From contig CAXXQP010000001.1 of assembly GCA_963663905.2 (NCBI GenBank), forward strand, positions 28,490 to 92,489: DNA of 64,000 nt, written 5' to 3'. The position numbers and the translations under genes are program-made. How positions within the stretch are numbered: position 1 is the first letter of the stretch; every line of letters begins with the position of its first letter. The notes beneath the pieces were generated by a model. It was not told where the DNA came from and searched no databases. It saw only the letters and a program-made list of their open reading frames with translations. Shown piece after piece: positions 1 through 9,587 of the stretch. The DNA is from an uncultured Saccharicrinis sp. Its GTDB lineage: Bacteria; Bacteroidota; Bacteroidia; Bacteroidales; Marinilabiliaceae.

Positions 1-2330
1 GCAGGGAAAAAGATAAATAGTTTATAAATAACTAATATACAAGCAATATCGATAATTTAAAAATAGATAGTACTGAGAGGAATTTATACTAATTTATCAA
101 AACTAATTATGCTATATATTAAGTATTTTATTAAGTAATAGAAAGTACCCAAATTACAAACTAACCTTAATCTAAGTAACTATACACGGTCATCTCTATA
201 TAAACCTATAATTTAATGAGCTAGTAAATTACTTAGAACTGTTTATTGAAGATATTGCAGTGTTTCCTGAAGGCTAAATTTTTCTATTTTAATCTACAAG
301 CATATTAATAAATATAATGGAAACAATAATGACATGAAAGTTGTATTGAGACATCATAATTGTATATGTCATGAATAAAGTATTATCTTGAATAACACTA
401 GGACTACAGAAATACAGACATGCTTTAAGGTAAGTATCTATACACATTATTTGTATCTATTAAATATGAAGTAATAGGGTAGTAAGACCAGAACTATAAG
501 TAATCTTTCTTGTTGTTAAAATTGAAATCAGAAAAGTCGAATGTGTATAAATAACTATAAAACAACCAATATCAATAATCATCCTGCAAACAGTAGTATG
601 TGGAAATATGTATTGAAGCATAGTAATTCTTTATGTCATGAATAGAGTATTTTTTTAAGTAACATTAGGACTACAGTATAACAGACAGGCCTTAATGTAA
701 GTAACCATACACATTCATTTGTATCTATTATATTAGAATAATAGGGTAGCAAGAGCAAAAATATTTTTAATTATTCTTATTGTTAAGTTAGTAATCAGCA
801 AAGTTGAATGTGTATAAATGACTATAAAACAACCAATATCAATAATCATTCTGCAAACAGTAGTAACTGGAAATATGTATTGAAGCATAGTAATTCTTTA
901 TGTCATGAATAGAGTATTTTTTAAGTAACATTAGGACTACAGTATAACAGACAGGCCTTAATGTAAGTAACCATACACATTCATTTGTATCTATTATATT
1001 AGAATAATAGGGTAGCAAGAGCAAAAATATTTTTAATTATTCTTATTGTTAAGTTAGTAATCAGCAAAGTTGAATGTGTATAAATGACTATAAAACAACC
1101 AATATCAATAATCATCCTGCAAACAGTAGTAACTGGAAATATGTATTGAAGCATAGTAATTCTTTATGTCATGAATAGTGTATTTTTTTGAGTAACATTA
1201 GGACTACAGTATAACAGACAGGCCTTAATGTAAGTAACCATACACATTCATTTGTATCTATTATATTAGAATAATAGGGTAGCAAGAGCAAAAATATTTT
1301 TAATTATTCTTATTGTTAAGTTAGTAATCAGCAAAGTTGAATGTGTATAAATGACTATAAAACAACCAATATCAATAATCATCCTGCAAACAGTAGTAAC
1401 TGGAAATATGTATTGAAGCATAGTAATTCTTTATGTCATGAATAGTGTATTTTTTTGAGTAACATTAGGATTACAGCATTACAAACATACCTTAATGTAA
1501 GTAACTGTACACATTCATTTGTATCTATTAGATTAGAATTAATAGTGTAGTAAGACCAGAACTATAAGTAATCTTTCTTGTTGTTAAAATTGAAATCAGC
1601 AAAATCGAATGAGTATAAATAACTATAACACAACCAATATCAATAATCATCCTGCAAACAGTAGTAACTGGAAATGTGTATTGACATATACTAATTGTTT
1701 ATGTCATGAATAGTGTATTGTATTGAATAACATAAGGACCACAGCATTACAGACATGGTTTAATGTAAGTAACTGTACACATTTAATTGTATCTATTAGA
1801 TTATAATAATAGAATAGTTAGATGAAAAATATTTGTTACCTTTCTAGTATTAATATAGCTGCCAAGAAAGATAAATATTTATAAATAACTAATATACAAT
1901 CAATATCGATAGATTAAAAATAGATAGTACTGAGAGGAAGTTAAATTAATTTATCAAAACTAATTATGTTATATATAGAGTATTCTATTGAGTAATATTA
2001 AGTACCAAAATTACAAACTAACCTTAATCTAAGTAACTATACGCATTCATTTCATTCTATTAAATAATAATAATAAGGTAGCAAGAGCAAAAATATGTGT
2101 TACCTTTCTTGTTGTTAAGTTAGCAATCAGCAAAGTTGAATGTGTATAAATAACTAATATACAGTTAATATCGATAATTATACTGAAAAAAAGTAATGAG
2201 AAAATAATTGTATTAACATAGCAAAAATAATTATTCCAAGCTTAGCAATTGATCGTAGTAAGAATAATTCATTTATATTATTTAAATGTAATACCATAAG
2301 TAACGATACACATTGTAAATAAAATAGAAG
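1..2330. repeat. Non-coding tandem array of ~267-bp units (about 9 units, open at the left window edge), each carrying an iteron-like 15-mer
   Basis: ATGTCATGAATA recurs at 366, 633, 900, 1166, 1433 and 1701. TAAGTAnnnnTACAC recurs at 173, 431, 698, 964, 1231, 1498, 1766, 2030 and 2297. The central units are near-identical and the outer units diverged. No ORF longer than 61 aa. Confidence 0.95.
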
Positions 2331-2335
2331 TTAAG

Positions 2336-2360
2336 CAAAACGGCAAAATTTGCCGTTTTG
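2336..2360. promoter_or_regulatory. Perfect 12+1+12 palindrome CAAAACGGCAAA-A-TTTGCCGTTTTG; candidate parS or operator
   Basis: Seen directly. Shares the 19-bp core AACGGCAAAWTTTGCCGTT with 8760-8782. Function is inferred. Confidence 0.5.
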
Positions 2361-3552
2361 GATTTAATCATTTATATCTCAAATAGAATTTTATAATATT
2401 CATAACTTATAGCAAGATTTAATGCATAAAACTCACAAATAAAAATTACTTATACTTTTATATATTTAAGTAAAATTCTTTGCTAAAAAATGTGATACAA
2501 TTTTATTGTGTAAAAGGAATCCAAGTATAAGACGAATACAAAATTATAAGTTACTTAATCCTGGCATTGAAAACAAAATTAATAGAACTTATCTCTCAAG
2601 ACATTTTTAAGAAAGTAATATGAGTAATGCTGTTTATCTTTGTGATATATCTGGTGGAAAAAATACGAAGTAATATCAAATATATACAATTGATTAAATG
2701 ATACTTACAAAATTAAATAGCTATAATAAAAAACTTCATTATCAATAAGCTGCTTAATCGATTTCTACCTCTAAACAAACAATTTGCATCTTATCATAAA
2801 TCAACACTGATTTATGATTGTTCTTGGTATAGATAAATTATAACAAAAGAAATTTATAAATGAATGAAAAATGTCAGAGAAAGTAAAGTTCATTACTCTG
2901 ATTGCGAGAAACTAAAATTGATTTTATTTTCGAAGGATTAACAACAGCCAAACATAAATCTAAAGCCAACTATTCTGATATCAAAAATCTTAAATAAGCA
3001 GATAAAAAAAAGATATGGAAAGATATAGTTCTATATAATATATACAAAACTGCTACTAGTAATATATTCTAAAAAGTTTACATACACAATGTGAAATAAA
3101 GAGAAAATTTTAGAAATGGACAAATTCACTAGAGAAAATTGCTAAAATTTTTGAACATAAAAAATTCAATCTCCAACATATAATAAAGGAGTTTTTTAAT
3201 ATCTGTTACTACTACTGAATTCCAACATTTTTATAAAAATTAATTCTTCTCAAACTAAATTAGTTGTAACTTTTACTTACTTTGATATAAAGTAAGTAAC
3301 CATACACATTAATAGATGCTTCAATAATAAAACTAAATCCTATATGCTTGATTATATGTTCTTTATATCCATATAAAAATTGTGATTTTAAAAATACTTG
3401 TGTCAAATATAAATCTCTACACGTTAAATTTGAAATTTCCAAAAGTACTATTGTAATGCAAATATCAGAACAAGATGAAAAAAGCAATGCTCATATTTAA
3501 TTATTTAACAATTAATTTCAATAATCATAATTCTAAAAATAAGTACTAATAA

Positions 3553-4442
3553 TTAATGTCAATCAAGAGTTGAAATTAAAGTAAAAATGTGAAGTAAGAG
3601 TCTGTGACTATTTTTATGAATTAGAATATTACTTTGAACTTTTTAGTAATAACAACAAACCAGAATTTATCGAACAGGAAATAATGATAATATACCTATT
3701 CGGGATCCATTATCAAAGTTACACAAAAACAAAGCACATTCACAAATTTGCTATGGATTACCTATTGGATTGGTTTCCTAAACTTGGTTCCTATCAGGCA
3801 GTCAATAATAATAGCTTAAACAATTTGGATGGAGCGTATAATAGGATATTAGAGTTATTTGTTAGAGATTTAAACCAACCGATTGTATTATCGATCAGAA
3901 CTTACTTGATTCCATGCTTATTATTACATATTCGGGTAAGCAAAGGTAAAGTAGCCAGGGAAATAATCGACTAGGGCAGATACTATTATGGTATGAAGTT
4001 GCACATGTTAGGGTTCAGAGGGTCTAGGAACTTTACCGTTCCCAGACCAAATACACTATATGACAGCATCTGTAAACGATATTAATGTTTATAAAGAAGC
4101 TTGATCTGAAATATACGAACGGACTTTCTTTGGTGATAAAATTTATATGAATCAAGAATTTAACGAACAAATAAAAGCAAGTTTAAATTCTGACCCCCGT
4201 AAAGGCCGTAAAAGGTATGCCCGATATTATCAAACAAAGGTTTAAAGCAGCAGAAGATTTGTATTCCACTGCTGTTTCCTGAATCAGGCAACCTATCGAG
4301 GCAATATTCTCGTGGATTATTGAGAAAACAGATATTCAGCGGGCTAGTAAAGTTAGGTCAACCCAAGGCTTGATTTTACATGCCTTGGGCAAACTATTGG
4401 CTGCTTTTTTAAATTATGCTTTTTAACCCTTGATTCGAATAA
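3553..4442 (+). mobile_element. Degenerate IS982-family insertion sequence (transposase pseudogene)
   Basis: Fragments in shifting frames read LLDWFPKLGSYQA, KGKVAREI, GDKIY, RQPIEAIFSW and RASKVRSTQGL, typical of Bacteroidota IS982 transposases, with internal stops. Imperfect terminal repeats AATCAAGAGTTGAAA / TTTTAACCCTTGATT. Confidence 0.8.
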
Positions 4443-4519
4443 TTAACTAATTGCTACAAAAAAATTATGTATTTCAAATAAAACTAATTATAGGGTAAGG
4501 AGGATAAAAGTATTAAACC

Positions 4520-4939
4520 CTATTTCCTAAAATTAAATAGTTTTTCAAGATTATTTGTTTGCATGCTATGTTTACTATTCAAAAAATTTGAAATTTGTAC
4601 AGCATGTATATTTGTTCCTTCGGCTATATCAATTTGCTTTAATTCATGTCGTTTTATAAATTCTTCTAATAATTCTATAAAATTTACTTCTCCTTGCAAA
4701 TTAACATATTGTAAAACAAATCGAGTTATTGCGGAACAAGTGCAAGTATTATTATCCTCAAAAACAGTAATAAATATTTCTCTAAAAAGTTTTAATATAT
4801 TCATTAAATCTAATATTCGATTGTTATCTGTATTATTATTAGACAACTCAGATTTAAGATAAAATATTTGCTTATCAATAATATCAATCATAATATTTGA
4901 ATTTTCATCCCCATATAATTCGTATTTACATTTAACCAC
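4520..4939 (-). CDS. Hypothetical protein with C-terminal XRE/Cro-type helix-turn-helix
   Basis: C-terminus LKQIDIAEGTNIHAVQISNFLN resembles an XRE HTH. The GTG start overlaps the parB stop by 8 nt. Confidence 0.7.
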   Translation of the reverse strand: MVKCKYELYGDENSNIMIDIIDKQIFYLKSELSNNNTDNNRILDLMNILKLFREIFITVFEDNNTCTCSAITRFVLQYVNLQGEVNFIELLEEFIKRHELKQIDIAEGTNIHAVQISNFLNSKHSMQTNNLEKLFNFRK

Positions 4940-5957
4940 GAATTATATTATTGTCTTGTAATAATTTCATAAATCGTTTATCTCGTTCTTCTATAGAGGT
5001 AAACTTTTCATCTATTTGAGTCCATGTTTTATTATCCCTATCTAGAAAAAGTATAGAAGCATCTTCATTATTATCCTTTCTAATAATTTTAAAACCGGAT
5101 TCAATTAATTTACTATAATCGGATTTACTATATTTTGTACTTAAATAATCAGATAATACTGAAAATGCAATCGTTTTATTAACTTTTGACAATCGTTTTT
5201 TTATATCTTTTAAAATATCCTCATATTCATCATGATAATCGGCACCATCATTTACTCCGACTAATTCCTCATTAGATTTTGATTTCTTTTTTCTATAATG
5301 AGAAGTTACTTCGATTAAATCATCCTCATTTTCTATTAATTTATCAATCTCTTTTTTTGATAAATCTTGAATATCTCCTTTAGATACCTTTGCTTTTCCT
5401 CCTAAAATATGCCCCTTAAATTCATCAGAAAGTTTTTCAATTCCACTAGCAAAATGACCAGCATTTCTAATACTTCTTTCAGACATACCAGTACTTGCAG
5501 CTATATCTTTGGCGACATTAACTACATTTTCATCATTGGATCGATCATATTTTCCTTGTCCAGTTTTACGATTATTATAAAGTAGACCAACTAGGTAGGT
5601 TCTATTTGCATCAGACAAATTCCTTCTACCTAATTGCTTTTTCAACATCCAATCCTTTACTTCATCAATATTGGTAAAAGAATGTTCTGTTGTAGCAAAT
5701 GATATATTTAATTCGGTAGCAATTCTATAACGGTTATGACCATCAATAATAATATTCTGACCAAAATCATTATTAACCCAAACATCAATAGGTTCTTTAA
5801 TACCTTCAACTTTTATTGATTCATATAAAAGAGTTTCTTCATCTTCATTTAATGGTGGGATAAAAGATTTAAGTTCAGGTAAAACAGAGATTTCTAAATT
5901 ACCTGAGTTATTACCTAATAATTGATCAAAACCACCAACAAATTTCTTTTTTGCCAT
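4932..5957 (-). CDS. parB: ParB-like partition protein (ParB/Srx N-domain plus HTH)
   Basis: IIDGHNRYRI arginine patch, QLGRRNL motif, HTH GMSERSIRNA and N-terminal AKKKFVGGFDQLL peptide; lies directly downstream of parA. Confidence 0.85.
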   Translation of the reverse strand: MAKKKFVGGFDQLLGNNSGNLEISVLPELKSFIPPLNEDEETLLYESIKVEGIKEPIDVWVNNDFGQNIIIDGHNRYRIATELNISFATTEHSFTNIDEVKDWMLKKQLGRRNLSDANRTYLVGLLYNNRKTGQGKYDRSNDENVVNVAKDIAASTGMSERSIRNAGHFASGIEKLSDEFKGHILGGKAKVSKGDIQDLSKKEIDKLIENEDDLIEVTSHYRKKKSKSNEELVGVNDGADYHDEYEDILKDIKKRLSKVNKTIAFSVLSDYLSTKYSKSDYSKLIESGFKIIRKDNNEDASILFLDRDNKTWTQIDEKFTSIEERDKRFMKLLQDNNIIRG

Positions 5958-5965
5958 TTAAAAAA

Positions 5966-6703
5966 CTAATTAAGTAATTGAATAATTTCATTTGTTAATG
6001 ACTCATAATCGACAGCTCCATTACAATTTGGTTCATAACTAAATATATCAAGACCTGAAGTAGGAGCTTCAGCAAGTGAAATATTATCACGGATTAAGGT
6101 ATTAAAGACTTTATTTCCAAGACTATTTTTAATACTTTCAAGTACATCTCTATTTAAAACCTTTCTTGAATCGTATTTTGTAATAAAAACTTTATCGATT
6201 TCTAAACCTATTTTTGATATCGCTTCACTTAGAATTGAATACCCTTTTAATGATAAATATTCAGCTTCTACTGGAATAATAATATATTCTGATGCAACAA
6301 AACTATTAATTGTTAACACTCCTAATGCAGGAGGACAATCAATAATAATGAAATCATATTTGTCCTTGACTTCTTCTAGTAAGGTAGATAAAACAAATTC
6401 TCTTTTAAATACACTTGCCATTTCAAACTCAGCCTTACTTAATTCAAGACTAGATGGAACTAGATCTAAATTATCCTTTATTGAAAGAATAGGGAGGTTA
6501 CTTTTACCCAATAAAGCATCATAGACACTTTCTTGAGGATCATTAATTCCAAGAGATTGTGTTAAATTATATTGAGGATCTAAATCAATTAATAAAGTTT
6601 TTTTTCCTTTTATAGCAAGACAAGCTCCAACATTTATTGATGATGTTGTTTTTCCAACACCTCCTTTAAAATTTGCAATCGATATTGTAATAGTAGAATT
6701 CAT
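5966..6703 (-). CDS. parA: ParA/Soj-family partition ATPase
   Basis: Deviant Walker A KGGVGKTT, IDLDPQ and IIIDCPP motifs. Confidence 0.97.
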   Translation of the reverse strand: MNSTITISIANFKGGVGKTTSSINVGACLAIKGKKTLLIDLDPQYNLTQSLGINDPQESVYDALLGKSNLPILSIKDNLDLVPSSLELSKAEFEMASVFKREFVLSTLLEEVKDKYDFIIIDCPPALGVLTINSFVASEYIIIPVEAEYLSLKGYSILSEAISKIGLEIDKVFITKYDSRKVLNRDVLESIKNSLGNKVFNTLIRDNISLAEAPTSGLDIFSYEPNCNGAVDYESLTNEIIQLLN

Positions 6704-6993
6704 AGTTATAAAATTATCAGTACGAAATTAATATATTTAATTATTTTGCCATGATAATTATCAAATATTTTTTTAACATTAATAAATTATAGACAGGCCA
6801 AATCAATGGAAAACAGCCTAATGCTCTTCTGACTATTTTTTATCACATTTTCTGTATTAAATAAAAAATTTGAAATTTATAAAAATTAAGTAGTTTGAAT
6901 TATATTGAACAACTATATTATTGAATTTTAATTATTTATAAGTTAACTCCTGATGGATATAGTATCGATATTTATTTGGCATAAAGAAAAATT

Positions 6994-8507
6994 GTAACTA
7001 TTCAGTCAAATTTTAAAAACATAAATTTTTCTGGAGAATGTTGATAAGTATTACTGAAATAAAGAAAATTGTGAATAAAGAATATGAGATATAGTTTCAG
7101 TAAAGAGTAGGTATGTCGACCTTTACATCTGCATGGGAAAGAAGAAAAGTATAGAAAAAAAATTAGATGCCTTATTTGTTAGAGTTGATAAACTCGAAAC
7201 AGAGAACAAGGAACTTCGCGAGGAAAATGCCACCCTCAAAGAACGTCTTTCTCATTATGAAACACCAAAGAACAGTAGAAATAGCAGCAAGCCACCTTCA
7301 TCTGATTTCCCCAAATTACCTAGAACACAATCGTTACGAAAAAAATCAGGCAAAAAACCAGGAGGGCAATCAGGACATAAAGGCAATACACTAAAAATGG
7401 TCGAAGAACCAACTGTTATACAAGAACACTATTCAAATTATTGTAAGTGTTGTGGCAATAATCTTTCAGATATAGCAGGCACATTTGCAGGAAGACGTCA
7501 GGTAATTGACATACCACCTATTAAACCAGTGGTTACCGAACACCGTATTTACCATAAACAATGCAGTTGTGGAATGGTAAACAAGGGATGCTATCCTAAT
7601 CAAGTAAATACACCTGTTAGTTATGGTACAAACACTCAGGCCTTAGCTGCTTACATGCATACTCGCCAATATATGCCTTATGACCGCTTGCGTGAATTCT
7701 TTAATACCATATTAGGGTTAAAAATTAGTACCGGAGGTTTAAACTATCTGATTGGTAAGTTCACTAAAAAAGCAACTCCTTTCTACGAGCAAATACGTAA
7801 CAATGTACTTTCTCATTGTACTGTTGGAGCTGATGAAACAGGAACTAATATTAATGGAAAACTTGATTGGGCATGGGTCTTTCAAAATGCACAATCTACC
7901 TTTTTATCTGTTCATCAGAAACGAGGTTATGATGCTATTGAGGAAATTATGCCGGAAGGTTTTAAAAACAATACTTTGGTAACAGATTGTTGGAAACCTT
8001 ATTTTAAAACACAAGCAGGGAATCACCAATTGTGTACTGCCCACCTTTTAAGAGAGCTTGAATTCTTTATCCAGAAATATCCCAAAAGCAACTGGGCATC
8101 GAAAATGAAAACGCTTATTATTAAAGCCCTAAAAATCTACAACAATAATTGGGATGATAAGGCAACTAAAGCACAAATATTTAAAGCATTTGTGAAACTC
8201 CAAAATAAGCAGATTAGCGAAACATTAAAAGAAGTGGTTGTCTTTAAAAACAGATTAGTAAAATACGCTGATTATGTATTCACATTCCTAAATCAACCTG
8301 ATGTTCCTCCTGATAATAATGCTTCGGAACGGGCTGTGAGAAATTTTAAAGTAAAACAAAAAGTCAGTGGTTTCTTCAAATCATTTGAAGGTGCAAATCA
8401 TTATGCAATACAAAGATCTATTATAGATACAGCTATCAAGAGTTCTCAAAATCCCTTTGATACGCTTCGTGCTATAGCTATAGTTTAAGGCATGACTGAA
8501 TAGTTAC
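6994..8507 (+). mobile_element. Intact single-ORF IS66-family element (ISBst12-like)
   Basis: Perfect 15-bp terminal inverted repeats GTAACTATTCAGTCA / TGACTGAATAGTTAC. 8-bp target duplication GAAAAATT at 6986-6993 and 8508-8515. Confidence 0.95.
7133..8488 (+). CDS. IS66-family transposase (TnpC-like)
   Basis: Coiled-coil N-terminus, NSSKPPSSD, GGQSGHKG, zinc finger, ADETG, HQLCTAHLLREL and PDNNASERAVR. Confidence 0.95.
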   Translation: MGKKKSIEKKLDALFVRVDKLETENKELREENATLKERLSHYETPKNSRNSSKPPSSDFPKLPRTQSLRKKSGKKPGGQSGHKGNTLKMVEEPTVIQEHYSNYCKCCGNNLSDIAGTFAGRRQVIDIPPIKPVVTEHRIYHKQCSCGMVNKGCYPNQVNTPVSYGTNTQALAAYMHTRQYMPYDRLREFFNTILGLKISTGGLNYLIGKFTKKATPFYEQIRNNVLSHCTVGADETGTNINGKLDWAWVFQNAQSTFLSVHQKRGYDAIEEIMPEGFKNNTLVTDCWKPYFKTQAGNHQLCTAHLLRELEFFIQKYPKSNWASKMKTLIIKALKIYNNNWDDKATKAQIFKAFVKLQNKQISETLKEVVVFKNRLVKYADYVFTFLNQPDVPPDNNASERAVRNFKVKQKVSGFFKSFEGANHYAIQRSIIDTAIKSSQNPFDTLRAIAIV

Positions 8508-8759
8508 GAAAAATTTTTATCTATTAAATATGTTAATCTAATTCATTTTTGATTGTATTCTCAGTAATATATAGCAAATAATATATCTTATTAATAGTTA
8601 ATTTGAAATTTGATTTTCTACAATATAAATTGATCATAAAAATCTGTTTTAGGTTTACTAACAAAAAGTTTGAGTTTTACGATTATTTTAATAATTAACT
8701 TTTGAACAACAAATTCTTTATCTGGAAACAAGTTTTAAAAAATACATTAAGAAAAAATG

Positions 8760-8782
8760 ATAACGGCAAATTTTGCCGTTAT
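8760..8782. promoter_or_regulatory. Perfect 11+1+11 palindrome ATAACGGCAAA-T-TTTGCCGTTAT; candidate parS or operator
   Basis: Seen directly. Same core as 2336-2360. Lies between parA and the iteron cluster. Confidence 0.5.
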
Positions 8783-9057
8783 GCTAATACTAATCATACT
8801 ATAAAAAAATATAATACTCTTTGCCAAACTTGGAGATAGTAAAATTAGATCTTAATATACATTTTGTTAAATCCCTTTCCCCCCTTAATAAAACTATTGC
8901 GTAAGCAATTTAATTTTTAGTGATTTATAATTTTTATTACAGACTGTTTTGGTACAAATAAAGATCAGTTAAGTGATATTAGTATAGATTTAGTAAAATC
9001 ACGCCTTATTGTAATTTCTTTATAGTATTTAATATACTAGTATTATATATAATAGAG

Positions 9058-9407
9058 GTGTAGAGATAATTAGGTTATAAAGTATTATCTCATTGATATT
9101 AAATATTTTAAGCATACTGAATACGTGTAGACTTACTTACGATAATAAATAGAAAATTATATTTGAGGACTAATTTGTGTAGACTTACTTACTATATAAT
9201 GATATATTGTGTAGAGATGCTTCCTAAAAAAGGTGTAACTGTGTATGTTTAGTTACATTAAAACGGTTTAATGTGTATAATTACTTATGTTTTAAACTAT
9301 TAGTGTGTAACCTTACTTATATTAAAAGTATAGTTTTGTGTATAATTACTTACGTTAAACTATGGTTTTGAAATATATAAATGTAGTATCGTGTATACTT
9401 TCTTACG
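9058..9407 (+). promoter_or_regulatory. Iteron cluster (putative replication origin), consensus GTGTAnnnTTACTTA
   Basis: Copies start at 9125, 9177, 9209, 9241, 9273, 9305, 9338 and 9391 (spacings 52, 32, 32, 32, 32, 33, 53), with a weaker copy at 9058. AT-rich flanks; immediately upstream of the rep-like gene. Confidence 0.85.
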
Positions 9408-9587
9408 TTTTAAGATGATAGAAAGATTTATTGATGATTACTCTACAAATCATTAAAATTACATAATAAAACTAGAACAAAGTATTTTAAGTGAAATTTA
9501 TTACGTATATTTTCAAAAAAAGTCGTATTTATAACTGAATTCTTTCTTATTTTTAGTTATGTTTGTTACTACAAACACAGTTCATAA

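Noticed and set aside
1-2330. CRISPR array, or a repetitive protein-coding gene
   Set aside because: Units are ~267 bp and nearly identical end to end with no unique spacers, and there are no cas genes. All frames are closed; the 61-aa ORF at 839-1024 is incidental.
2361-3550. ORF 3260-3487 and possible genes in the AT-rich stretch
   Set aside because: No recognisable motifs, stop-rich, low complexity; at most decayed remnants.
7069-7077. DnaA-box-like TGTGAATAA
   Set aside because: It lies inside the IS66 left end, so it is not part of the native origin.
7167-7982. Small + strand ORFs as IS66 TnpA/TnpB or a programmed frameshift
   Set aside because: They are out-of-frame shadows within the continuous 451-aa transposase and have no TnpA/TnpB motifs.
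4932-9587. Canonical chromosomal parS (TGTTTCACGTGAAACA) or a dnaA-type oriC
   Set aside because: I saw no such 16-mer, no dnaA/dnaN/gyrB context and no TTATCCACA cluster.
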